Shown here: positions 1-9,000 of the stretch, one piece after another | How positions within the stretch are numbered: position 1 is the stretch's first letter | How the letters are laid out: each line of letters begins with the position of its first letter | The notes under the pieces: generated by a model | Seen by the model: the letters and a program-made list of their open reading frames with translations, nothing else | Databases searched by the model: none | Told to the model about the DNA's origin: nothing | Assembly (NCBI GenBank): GCA_963728565.1 | Contig: CAVSLC010000013.1 | Location: 416,001-480,000, forward strand | Origin: an uncultured delta proteobacterium | GTDB taxonomy: Bacteria > Desulfobacterota > Binatia > UBA9968 | Direction of reading: 5' to 3' | DNA length: 64,000 nucleotides | Translations under genes and position numbers: made by a program

Positions 1-72
1 ATCGCCGCGCCATTGAAAGCTATCTGGTTAAAGATTATTCCGAAGATTTCTAACAAGGGGGGGGCACCTACG

Positions 73-1248
73 ATGTCAGCTATGGCCCGGCGTGTCGCTG
101 GATTTGGCACCACCGTATTCGTCGAGATCAATGATTTGGCGCGACAATGCAACGCAGTCAATCTCGGCCAGGGCGCGCCGGACTTCGATGGTCCGCCGGA
201 AGTTCTTGCGGCGGCGGTGAAAGCGATCAACGGCGAGTTGAATCAGTATGCCCCCGGTATCGGTATGCAGGTATTGCGCGAAGCGGTGGCGCAGCATGCC
301 GAACGTTTCTACAACCAAAAGGTCGATTGGCGGACCGAGGTTCTAATCACCTCCGGCGCGACCGAAGCTGTTTTTGCTGCAATCCTCGGCTTGACCGATC
401 CCGGCGACGAAGTCATCGTCTTTGAGCCCGCCTATGACAGCTATGTGCCGAACATGGTGATGGCGGGAGTTATGCCGCGCTATGTGCCCTTGCGCGGTGA
501 CCAGTGGAGCTTCGATCCGGACGAGCTTGCACGAGCTTTCAATGCTCGCACCCGCGCGATTATCGTCAATACGCCGCACAATCCGACCGGCAAGGCTTAT
601 TCCCGCCAGGAACTTAGCCTGATTGCGGATCTATGCCGCAAGCATCAGGTCGTCGCCATTACCGACGAGGTCTATGAGCATATCCTCTACGACGGAATGG
701 CGCATATACGACTGGCAACCTTGCCGGGCATGGCAGAACGCACAGTGACCATCAGCAGTATTGGTAAAACCTTTAGTATTACCGGCTGGAAGATTGGCTG
801 GGCGATCGGTCCGGCAGATTTGGTGAATGCTGTTAATCGGGCGCACCAGTTCATCACCTTTGCTGTTGCCTCGCCCCTACAAGCCGCGGCCGCACTGGCG
901 CTCAGTTTGCCAGTCAATTATTTCGAAGAGCTGCAGGTGAGCTATCAGTGCAAGCGTAATCGAATGCTCGAGGTGTTCCAACATGCCGGTTTCAGAGTTC
1001 TCAAGCCGCAGGGCAGCTATTTCATTATGGCGGATTGGCGCGCCGTCGCGCCGCGGCATGTGCAGGACGATGTTCAGTTCGCGCGCTGGCTGATAACCAA
1101 GATCGGCGTCGCCTGTATTCCACCCAGCGCCTTCTATCAACAATCCAACAAAGAACTGGGCAGGTACCTGGCGCGTTTTGCAATTTGCAAGAAAGATGAA
1201 ACCCTTGCTGCCGCAGCGCAACGATTTGCGAGGCTAGGAAAACTGTAA
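73..1248 (+). CDS. PLP-dependent aminotransferase class I/II (YbdL/DapC-like)
   Basis: Motifs AVNLGQGAPD, NTPHNPTG, DEVYE and SIGKTFSITGWKIGW (PLP lysine). ATG at 73 preferred over the ORF-track start at 13. Confidence 0.9.
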   Translation: MSAMARRVAGFGTTVFVEINDLARQCNAVNLGQGAPDFDGPPEVLAAAVKAINGELNQYAPGIGMQVLREAVAQHAERFYNQKVDWRTEVLITSGATEAVFAAILGLTDPGDEVIVFEPAYDSYVPNMVMAGVMPRYVPLRGDQWSFDPDELARAFNARTRAIIVNTPHNPTGKAYSRQELSLIADLCRKHQVVAITDEVYEHILYDGMAHIRLATLPGMAERTVTISSIGKTFSITGWKIGWAIGPADLVNAVNRAHQFITFAVASPLQAAAALALSLPVNYFEELQVSYQCKRNRMLEVFQHAGFRVLKPQGSYFIMADWRAVAPRHVQDDVQFARWLITKIGVACIPPSAFYQQSNKELGRYLARFAICKKDETLAAAAQRFARLGKL

Positions 1249-1469
1249 GCTCGCCCGTTCATGCCTAGTGTTGGAACCATAGGAACCGGGCTGTTATCGC
1301 CGCATTTGCAGTCCCAAGATTTTGCTTCCAGGCGATCACCGCCTCTAAGAGGAAGGGTCCCATGAGGCACTAGTCCGCAGACCGATTGACTCGCCAACCT
1401 GGATGCGGCTAAGTTTAGCTCCGCATCATCGCCACAGGCCAATGCTTCTGAACGAGGTCGCATCGTCCG

Positions 1470-1847
1470 ATGAAGACAAAGGGCGAAATAGAGGCAGCCA
1501 TCAGTGAAGCCATGGTCGGTTTCGAAATCGACTGCATGGGCCGCGGTCCGAAAGAGGCTCGCAGTCATATCATCGAAGATTTGATACTGGTCCGGCTCAA
1601 AGGCGTGCTGACACCGGCGGAGCAACAGTTAGCCAAACGCGCCGACGGCGTGGAACTGATTAAAAAAATGCGTTCCACCTTGATTGAAAGCGCGCGGGCC
1701 CAACTTTCAACCATGATCAGCGATGTTAGCGGCGCCAAAGTTCTCGATATTCTTACGGACATCAATACGACGTCGGGGGAGCGTGTATTCATCTTCATAT
1801 TGGACGCCAATCTGGGCAGGGATCTATCGCGCAAAATAACCGCTTGA
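1470..1847 (+). CDS. DUF2294 / MpsC-family protein
   Basis: MKTKGEIEAAISEA..MGRGPKEARS..LKGVLTPAEQQL..DINTTSGERVFIFIL is the DUF2294 pattern; 125 aa. Confidence 0.88.
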   Translation: MKTKGEIEAAISEAMVGFEIDCMGRGPKEARSHIIEDLILVRLKGVLTPAEQQLAKRADGVELIKKMRSTLIESARAQLSTMISDVSGAKVLDILTDINTTSGERVFIFILDANLGRDLSRKITA

Positions 1848-1872
1848 CATTTACCTGGTTCGTTATTAGCGT
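1844..1872 (+). promoter_or_regulatory. sigma70-type promoter for the leader and ABC permease
   Basis: TTGACA (1844-1849, overlapping the DUF2294 stop), 17-bp spacer, TAGCGT (1867-1872). Confidence 0.7.
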
Positions 1873-1884
1873 GTGTCTAGTTTT

Positions 1885-1976
1885 GCTGATGACCTGAGGG
1901 GCTGCTTTTGCACACGGATCGCAGCCAGTCGGGCCATAAGCCGACTTGGATGGTCACATCCCTGTCGGCTTTTTTA
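1885..1976 (+). ncRNA. Riboswitch/attenuator-like structured leader with mutually exclusive terminator
   Basis: Three-stem fold: GATGACC 1888-94/GGTCACATC 1952-60, GGCTGC 1900-05/GCAGCC 1921-26, AGTCGG 1927-32/CCGACT 1941-46. It competes with terminator AAGCCGAC 1938-45/GTCGGCTT 1964-71 plus T-run. Confidence 0.7.
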
Positions 1977-2034
1977 TTGGTTGAAACAGGCCAATTGGAG
2001 GAAGCCCCTATGAGGGCGTCTCGATCAAAGGTGG

Positions 2035-2070
2035 GCCAGTCTAACCCGATGGGGAGAGGCTGGCTTTTTT
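2035..2070 (+). terminator. Second intrinsic terminator in the permease leader
   Basis: GCCAGTCT (2035-42)/AGGCTGGC (2057-64) stem followed by T6, just before the RBS AAAGGAGG. Confidence 0.7.
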
Positions 2071-2090
2071 CTTGAAAGGAGGGACAGACA

Positions 2091-2942
2091 ATGGCTGATC
2101 AGAATCCCGCGGCAGAAGAGGTCTTACTCGACATCCGCGTAGCAGAGGCTTCAGGAGCTTATAAGTTTTACCTGAACAACGAGAAGAAAATTCTCGGGAC
2201 CGCCTCCGTGGCTATATTCCTGACTGTCTGGGAATTAGTCGGTAACACGTTACAGCTAATCAATCCCATGTTCATGAGCGCGCCGTCACTCATATGGAAG
2301 GCCGCCGTGCAACTGTTCACCTCGGGAGAGATATACAACGATCTCCGGGTTAGCGGCATTGAGTTCGCCTGGGGATACGTGCTCTCGGTGATCGTCGGCG
2401 TTCCCTTCGGCATCGCATGTGGCTGGTATAAAAAAATGGCGTACATCTTCGATCCGTTCATTAATGCGATGAACGCGACCCCGCGCGTCGCCCTCCTACC
2501 GCTGGTTATCATCTGGTTGGGCATCGGCATACTCTCGAAGGTGGGCATTATTTTTCTCGGCGCGGTCTTTCCGATCCTGATCAATGCGCGTGACGGGGTA
2601 AAGACCACTCCATACAACCTGCTTACGGCCGCAAAGAGCTTCGGCGCTTCGGAATGGCAGATATTCAGAAGTGTCGTGCTGCCGTCGACTTTGCCATTTA
2701 TCCTTACCGGCTTGAGGCTCGGGGTCGGCAGGGCCTTGATCGGTGTCATGGTCGGAGAGCTTTATGCCGCTACCGCTGGCATCGGCTTTATGATTACTGT
2801 GGCGGGAGCTACTTTCCAGACCGATAAAGTCTTTGTCGGCGTCCTGATCTTCGCCATCACCGGCATGATCTCCATGGAGCTGCTAACCAAATTGGAGGCT
2901 CGCTTCGAGAAGTGGCGCCCGAAAGTCGGGGCGGCAGCATAG
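2091..2942 (+). CDS. ABC transporter permease, NitT/TauT (SsuC/TauC-like) family
   Basis: Multiple TM helices, EAA-like loop AAKSFGAS, GELYAATAGIG; strong RBS. Confidence 0.9.
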   Translation: MADQNPAAEEVLLDIRVAEASGAYKFYLNNEKKILGTASVAIFLTVWELVGNTLQLINPMFMSAPSLIWKAAVQLFTSGEIYNDLRVSGIEFAWGYVLSVIVGVPFGIACGWYKKMAYIFDPFINAMNATPRVALLPLVIIWLGIGILSKVGIIFLGAVFPILINARDGVKTTPYNLLTAAKSFGASEWQIFRSVVLPSTLPFILTGLRLGVGRALIGVMVGELYAATAGIGFMITVAGATFQTDKVFVGVLIFAITGMISMELLTKLEARFEKWRPKVGAAA

Positions 2943-3221
2943 TCAGTATCCAGCGCCTCATTAAAAAGAGAAGTTCCCAGATATTTCCGCACAACAAGCC
3001 GATTACCTCTCCAGGTAATCGGCTTTTTCTTTGGCGATGCTGTCCCCGCTTTTTAAGCTCGAATAACCCTAACAGTCCCTTCGTTTCGAAACTCTTTGCT
3101 TGGCTATCATAAGTTTTTGTACAGCCCTCTTTCTTATAGTCCTTGCCCGGCCTCGAGAAACCACGTATATACCTGCGCAGCTTGAAGGCATAAACGATCT
3201 TCATCGGGAAGGAACACGAAA

Positions 3222-3503
3222 ATGCAACATAAATATAAATCGTATAACATTGTGATCACGAGCTGGGCCAATCTTAACCCGGACGGATTTAGACCGGAAT
3301 ATCGAATCAGTATGAACACTGCTAGTCTCTCCCAAAGTTTAAAAATAAACCTGACGTTTGCTACAAGAAGAGAGGCTGAAGATTACGCGCTCCAAGTCGC
3401 CAAAAAATGGATCGACGAGCAAGGATCCAATCATTCATCGACATTGATCGAAAAGGTCGGTGACAAAAGTCGAAAGCCTCTCAAGAAAGACTCCGTCTTC
3501 TAA
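3222..3503 (+). CDS. Small hypothetical protein
   Basis: 93-aa ORF with RBS (GGAAGGA), AT-rich; ends in the TFATRREAEDYALQVAKKWID helix pattern. Confidence 0.55.
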   Translation: MQHKYKSYNIVITSWANLNPDGFRPEYRISMNTASLSQSLKINLTFATRREAEDYALQVAKKWIDEQGSNHSSTLIEKVGDKSRKPLKKDSVF

Positions 3504-3831
3504 CGTTAAATCGAGCCTGTCCCGGGTCATCCGACATATGACATCGCGCGAAGCAACACATCGTGGCAGAAATTGTTTTGAATTGGGTACACAAACGCGT
3601 CCGCACTAAAGAGAGACATCCTCTTAGCGCACAACGAGTTGACGTCTCCCCACATCTCACTCCAGTATGAAACCATCCCGGCTCAGCCTAGTCCCCAAAC
3701 GCAAGCCTGCGCTCACCCCCGACAACTAAATATTCTTGACCCGCTTATCTCCAGTCGTTTACTCTTAAGGCCGAAGCCGCGGGTACATCGTACGAGATTT
3801 GCCTACCACCCGTTTTATTCACGGAGAACCG

Positions 3832-5481
3832 ATGGCCAAGAACATTGTGATCTGCTCGGACGGAACTGGAAACTCCGCAGTTAAGGACCGCGGCACGAAT
3901 GTATTCAGGATCTTTGAGTCTATCGATCTCAATGGGCACCGACTTAACCCGAAGCTGGATCCGCAGGTGCCGATCTACGACGATGGCGTCGGCACGGAAG
4001 ATTTCAGGCCGCTCAAAATTTTTGCCGGAATAACCGGGTGGGGTTTAAGCCGAAATGTCAAGCAACTGTACAAGGAGCTATGCCGTATCTATGATCCTGG
4101 CGATAAAATATTCTTGTTCGGCTTTAGCCGCGGCGCTTTCACGGTCCGTAGCCTGGTGGGGCTCATCGTCCGATGCGGGATTATCGATGCACAGAAGCAA
4201 CCTACCGCAGAAGCTTTCGACGATTGCGTGAATAGAGCCTACAAGGCTTACCGCAGTTGTTACCGAACGGCCTTGATGCGACTGCTGCGCGGCGACGCTA
4301 GCGCTGCCGCGACCGATGAATTTAGAATCAAATACTGCCACCCGCAGCAAACCAAGATCCATTTCATCGGCGTTTGGGATACCGTCGACGCGGTCGGGAT
4401 GCCTTTCCACACCAGCGATTTCATCAATGCGGTGATCTATCGATTCAAGTTTCCCAATCAAAGGCTAAGCGAGCAGGTCGACCACGCCTACCATGCGTTG
4501 GCTGTTGACGATGACCGTCATTCGTTCCACCCGCTGCTCTGGGATCAACGGGCATCCAGCCCGGGCAAATCGCAAAAGATCGAGCAGGTGTGGTTTGCCG
4601 GCGCCCATGCCAATGTTGGCGGAGGTTACCCGAAGCAAGGCTTGTCACTCACGGCAATGCACTGGTTGATGACCAAGGCTCAAAACGCCGGGCTGCGATT
4701 TATCCCTGACGAGTACGAATACTATCGAGATCACGCCAACGTTGACGACAAACTTTATGATCCCCGCGCCGGCTTAGGCGTTTTCTACCGCTGGAAACCG
4801 CGCGATATCGGGAAGCTCTGTCATGATAATGGGGTGACCCCCGCGATCCATCTGAGCGTGATGGAACGGATCGCGCACGGAACCGAGGACTACAGTCCGG
4901 GAAATCTGCCACCCGGTGCGAGGATTGTTATCACGCCAGCCAATGACCAGGGAGAAGACGCGACCGCGACGACCCGGGCGCTCGCGGCAGAAATGGTATT
5001 GAAATCTGCCCACGCAAACACCCAAAGCTCCTTGTTGAATCGTGTCCGGGGCACCATCAGCGTCGGACGGCTCTCTTATTATGTTTACTTGTCGTCCTGC
5101 GTGGCCGCGTTGATCGCCGCCTCGGGCGTGCTTGATGACCCTTCGAGGACCGGCATCGGGTCAATCACCAAGGGGGTAGCTGTCTTCCTGGTAAATTTAG
5201 TGACATCACCGTTCGCCACGCTCTATCAGGTAGGAAAAAACTTCTCAGGTGACGTCATCCGGGTTGCTTGGATAGCGAGCGGCTTCCTCATCGCTTACCT
5301 GCTGATGAAGATCACCGATAGACGGATGAGCGCAACATTTTCCAGGTTCTGGTTCGAACAACAGAAGCATTTACGAGTCGCGCTGAAGCAGGCGCGTCAG
5401 GAGGCACACGAAATCATCTCAGCCGGAGTTTCTTCGCGGGAGCCGGCTACGAATCGTGCCGACAAAGAAGCCAGGAATTAA
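3832..5481 (+). CDS. DUF2235 (Tle1-like phospholipase alpha/beta hydrolase) with C-terminal TM helices
   Basis: KNIVICSDGTGN, YDDGVGT, GFSRGA nucleophile motif, GVWDTV, QVWFAGAHANVGGGY; hydrophobic C-terminal segments. Confidence 0.88.
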   Translation: MAKNIVICSDGTGNSAVKDRGTNVFRIFESIDLNGHRLNPKLDPQVPIYDDGVGTEDFRPLKIFAGITGWGLSRNVKQLYKELCRIYDPGDKIFLFGFSRGAFTVRSLVGLIVRCGIIDAQKQPTAEAFDDCVNRAYKAYRSCYRTALMRLLRGDASAAATDEFRIKYCHPQQTKIHFIGVWDTVDAVGMPFHTSDFINAVIYRFKFPNQRLSEQVDHAYHALAVDDDRHSFHPLLWDQRASSPGKSQKIEQVWFAGAHANVGGGYPKQGLSLTAMHWLMTKAQNAGLRFIPDEYEYYRDHANVDDKLYDPRAGLGVFYRWKPRDIGKLCHDNGVTPAIHLSVMERIAHGTEDYSPGNLPPGARIVITPANDQGEDATATTRALAAEMVLKSAHANTQSSLLNRVRGTISVGRLSYYVYLSSCVAALIAASGVLDDPSRTGIGSITKGVAVFLVNLVTSPFATLYQVGKNFSGDVIRVAWIASGFLIAYLLMKITDRRMSATFSRFWFEQQKHLRVALKQARQEAHEIISAGVSSREPATNRADKEARN

Positions 5482-5555
5482 GGTTTCGCGGACAGGTCTC
5501 TCGCAGGTTTCGCGAACAACAGCTTCGCCGGCTACTCCCGCGCTCAGAGCGCACG

Positions 5556-6605
5556 TCAGTTGCCGAGCATCTTTTTGACTCGATCGACGACTTCTTTGGG
5601 CTGATCCATCACTTTCTTGATCAATTCTTCCAGCTCTTCGCCGGGCGTCGGATCGACATCCATCTTGGCCTTTTCGGTTTCAAGCAGAAGCTCCGGATCC
5701 TTCAACGCCTTGGCATAGGCTTCGCGGATTATCTTGACGCGCTCCGCCGGCGTGCCCGGAGTCACCAGCATCGGACGGCCCAAGTCTCCGCCGGTTAGTA
5801 TCACCTGAGCGACGCGCCGGCTGGCGTCCGAGCTGTTATATTCGTCAAACAGCTCATAGATCGTCGGCGTATCCGGCAGGCGCGGGTCGCGCTTGCGGCC
5901 GGTCTGAATGATGTGCCGATCGAAGTCTTTCTTGTGCCAGCTGTTGAAGGGTTCCCGGCCGAAATGCGCAGATATGTTGTGAGCGCGGCAAACAACCTCG
6001 TTCTTTTCAACCGCGAGATCGATTTCCGAACCGCCCGGATAACCTATAACGGTATTGAATTTCGCCCCGATGGAGTCTTCGAGCAATCTCGCCAGCAAGT
6101 AGTCGGTGCTTACTGTTCCCGATGAGCCGCATTTAGGCGGCTCCTTCGCCTTGATGATATCTCGGATCGACTGATATGGAGCATCCTTGCGCATGTAAAG
6201 CAAAACGCTCTCGCTTGCCGGAGAGCCGATCCAACTGAACTTGCGGACGTCGAACTGCACTTCCTTACGCCCTACCAGCTGGTCCATGTAGATGTTGTAC
6301 TGCACCAGTCCCAATGTGAGTCCGTCGGGCTTGGCGACATTGTAGACATAGTTTGCCGCGACCAAAGAGCCGGCCGCGGGCATGTTCTGCACCGCGATCT
6401 CAGGAGTGCCGGGAATATATTTTGGCATGTATCGGGCAAAGAATCGCGCCCAGCGGTCATAGAATCCTCCGGGGGTTGAGCCGACGATCAAGCGGATGGA
6501 CTTGCCTTTGTAGAAAGATTCTTGCGCTGCGGCGAGAGGGACAGAACCGAGGTAACTAAGGCAGGCGAGCAAGACAAACATACCCATAACTAAGCGCTGC
6601 TTCAT
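5556..6605 (-). CDS. Tripartite tricarboxylate transporter substrate-binding protein (TctC/Bug family)
   Basis: Signal peptide, FYKGKSIRLIVGSTPGGFYD, QNMPAAGS, KPDGLT, GYPGGSEIDLA; RBS GGAGGAG before ATG at 6605. Confidence 0.9.
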   Translation of the reverse strand: MKQRLVMGMFVLLACLSYLGSVPLAAAQESFYKGKSIRLIVGSTPGGFYDRWARFFARYMPKYIPGTPEIAVQNMPAAGSLVAANYVYNVAKPDGLTLGLVQYNIYMDQLVGRKEVQFDVRKFSWIGSPASESVLLYMRKDAPYQSIRDIIKAKEPPKCGSSGTVSTDYLLARLLEDSIGAKFNTVIGYPGGSEIDLAVEKNEVVCRAHNISAHFGREPFNSWHKKDFDRHIIQTGRKRDPRLPDTPTIYELFDEYNSSDASRRVAQVILTGGDLGRPMLVTPGTPAERVKIIREAYAKALKDPELLLETEKAKMDVDPTPGEELEELIKKVMDQPKEVVDRVKKMLGN

Positions 6606-6645
6606 GACTCCTCCACAAACTCGTACTTCACGCGAACGTCCGATT

Positions 6646-7773
6646 TTACCGAACTTGGAACTCTTTGATTGCGTCATCGTTAAGCTCCAGGCCGAGCCCC
6701 GGCTTTTCAGTCAGAGTTATCCATCCTTTGACCGGCGCCGGCAGGTCCTTATAGATGACGTTTGCCGTCAGCCAATTATTTACGTGAATCTCGGCGCGCC
6801 AACCGTTGGGAACAGCAGCGTGCAGGTGAATATCGAAATGATCGCCATTTCCAACCGGCAAATTGAACGCGTGCGCCAGTCCCGCCGCTTTCATGCCCAT
6901 GGTGAATCCGCCTACGGAAAGGACGTGGATGTTTAAGAAATCGACAGAATTCTGCTTTACCAGGTCGGCAAGCTTGAAAAAATTGTCCCACTGACCGGCG
7001 GCGATAGGGATTGACGTTTGTTTCCGCAGCTCGGCTAATAAGTGTGGGTCGTTGTGGATGATCGGCTCTTCGAACCACATGAGATTATAAGGCTCAAAGC
7101 GTTTACACCATCGAACCGCGGCATCATATTTCATCAAACAGTTGGCATCGGCCATCAGTTCGACATCGTCGCCTACCGCTTCGCGCACCGCTCTGATGCG
7201 AGACTCATCTTCCGCCGGATTGTCTTCGCGATGCTCGCCGCTGGCGCCGGAAGGATCCATCTCGCCACGAATATTTGAGCGGCCGACTTGAATTTTGAGT
7301 CGGCTCTGTCCGTCGGCGACCCAATGCTTGGCCGCCTGGGCGAGCTCGTCACGACTATAAGCGCGCAATCCGAAGGTGATGTAGGAGGGAATGGCTTTTT
7401 GCGCGCCGCCCAACAAACGCCATACGGGAGCGTTGTAGAATTTCCCTTTTATGTCCCAGAGCGCGACATCAATCGCGCTGGCGGCAAAATTCCACACCCC
7501 GGCGTGGGCGCGCGTGTTGAATTTCCAGAGCATCTGATGCATCAGGCGCTCGTTCTCCAGCGGATCCTTGCCCTTTAAAAACGGCAAGAGGTCCTGCTGG
7601 ATAAACGCCGCCGTGGCCGAGTGCATGAACCCACCGAGCTGGGAGATACCGATTCGGCCGTCGTCGGTTTTAACTTTCAGCAGCCGCACGGCCGTGCGCA
7701 ACGGCTGCTTGAACAACGGCGGAGTCACCGGAATATTTTGCAGCTCGAGAATTTCGATAGCAGCTACTTTCAA
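6646..7773 (-). CDS. Mandelate racemase/muconate lactonizing enzyme (enolase superfamily)
   Basis: SAIDVALWDIKGK, LMADAN, WFEEP, KPGLGLEL; TTG start with RBS. Confidence 0.9.
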   Translation of the reverse strand: MKVAAIEILELQNIPVTPPLFKQPLRTAVRLLKVKTDDGRIGISQLGGFMHSATAAFIQQDLLPFLKGKDPLENERLMHQMLWKFNTRAHAGVWNFAASAIDVALWDIKGKFYNAPVWRLLGGAQKAIPSYITFGLRAYSRDELAQAAKHWVADGQSRLKIQVGRSNIRGEMDPSGASGEHREDNPAEDESRIRAVREAVGDDVELMADANCLMKYDAAVRWCKRFEPYNLMWFEEPIIHNDPHLLAELRKQTSIPIAAGQWDNFFKLADLVKQNSVDFLNIHVLSVGGFTMGMKAAGLAHAFNLPVGNGDHFDIHLHAAVPNGWRAEIHVNNWLTANVIYKDLPAPVKGWITLTEKPGLGLELNDDAIKEFQVR

Positions 7774-7891
7774 AATGGTTCTCCTTTGAAGTTTTTATCG
7801 ACGCGTTAGGTAAACAGCAGGCACTGACAGCCCCGCGAAGATGATCGCGGCGATTGCACTGTCAGCAACTGACTTCTCCGCCGCCGTTTCG

Positions 7892-8920
7892 TTACTGCGC
7901 CAGTATTTTTCGGATGCGATCGACGACATCCTGCGGCTGATCGATGACTTCACGAGCGATCTTGGCGAGCTCCTCGCCCGATACCGGTGTTATGTCCAGC
8001 TTCTTTTGCTTTGCTTCCTCCAACAGCCCTGGATCACTCATGCTTTTCATAAAGGCATCGCGTAGCAACTGGGTGCGATCCGGCGGCGTGGCTGGGGAGG
8101 TCACTACGGGTCGGCCGAGCTCGCCGGAACCGAGCATCACCGTCGCTACTCGTCGACCCAGGTCCGGTGTTTTGACTTCGTCCATCAGCTCGCTCAAAAG
8201 CGGGGTATCCGGCAATCGCGGATCGCGGGTGCGGCCGGTTTGCATAAGTATCCGGACAAAGTTTTTCTTGCGCCAAGTATGATATGGCTCACGCTGGAAA
8301 TAGGCCTGAGTAGTAAATGAGCGGCAAACTACCTCGTTGCGCTCAGTGGCGAGGTCGATCTCGTTGCCGCCCGCATAGCCGGTGACGATGGTGAATTTAG
8401 TCCCGAGAGTTTCCTCGAGCATCCGCGGGATATAGTGACCGCTGGTTCCCGTCCCAGTGGCGCCGCATTTGGGAGGTTCCGCCGCTTTGCGGACGTCCTG
8501 CATGGTCTTGTAAGGTGTATCGCTGCGCATGTAGAGCATGTGCTCCGATTTGTCCATGCTGGCAATCCAGGCGAACTTCGTCCAGTCGAATTTCACTTCT
8601 TTATTGCCCTGGAGCTGATTGAAGTAGTGCGCCGGATTGATGGAAGCCAGAGTCAGGCCGTCAGGCTTGGCAACTCCGTAAACATAATTGGCTGCGACCA
8701 ATCCCCCTGCCGCAGGCATATTCTGCACGACAACGGTGGGGTTGCCGGGCAGATACTTTCCGATGTGCGCCGCCAGCAACCGCGAGTAGATGTCATATGC
8801 CGTGCCTGAGCCGGAGCCGACGATGAACGTAATCGTTTTGCCTTGATAGAAAGGCGCTTGGGCGTGCAGTTCAGTAAGAAGAGCGAACACAATCAAAAGC
8901 GATAAAAACAATTTCTCCAT
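7892..8920 (-). CDS. TctC/Bug-family substrate-binding protein
   Basis: Signal peptide; paralogous to 5556-6605 (FYQGKTITFIVG, QNMPAAGG, KPDGLT, PPKCG). Confidence 0.9.
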   Translation of the reverse strand: MEKLFLSLLIVFALLTELHAQAPFYQGKTITFIVGSGSGTAYDIYSRLLAAHIGKYLPGNPTVVVQNMPAAGGLVAANYVYGVAKPDGLTLASINPAHYFNQLQGNKEVKFDWTKFAWIASMDKSEHMLYMRSDTPYKTMQDVRKAAEPPKCGATGTGTSGHYIPRMLEETLGTKFTIVTGYAGGNEIDLATERNEVVCRSFTTQAYFQREPYHTWRKKNFVRILMQTGRTRDPRLPDTPLLSELMDEVKTPDLGRRVATVMLGSGELGRPVVTSPATPPDRTQLLRDAFMKSMSDPGLLEEAKQKKLDITPVSGEELAKIAREVIDQPQDVVDRIRKILAQ

Positions 8921-9000
8921 ATGACCTCCGTACGCTGTTTCGAAGTTGGCCTGAGCGCCGCATACCAGGCCTCGATGAGAATTGTGAAATATTTTTGGAT

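Noticed and set aside
1885-2070. Assignment to a known riboswitch (TPP, SAM, c-di-GMP, c-di-AMP, ZTP, guanidine, fluoride)
   Set aside because: I could not find their consensus cores by eye; left unassigned pending an Rfam search.
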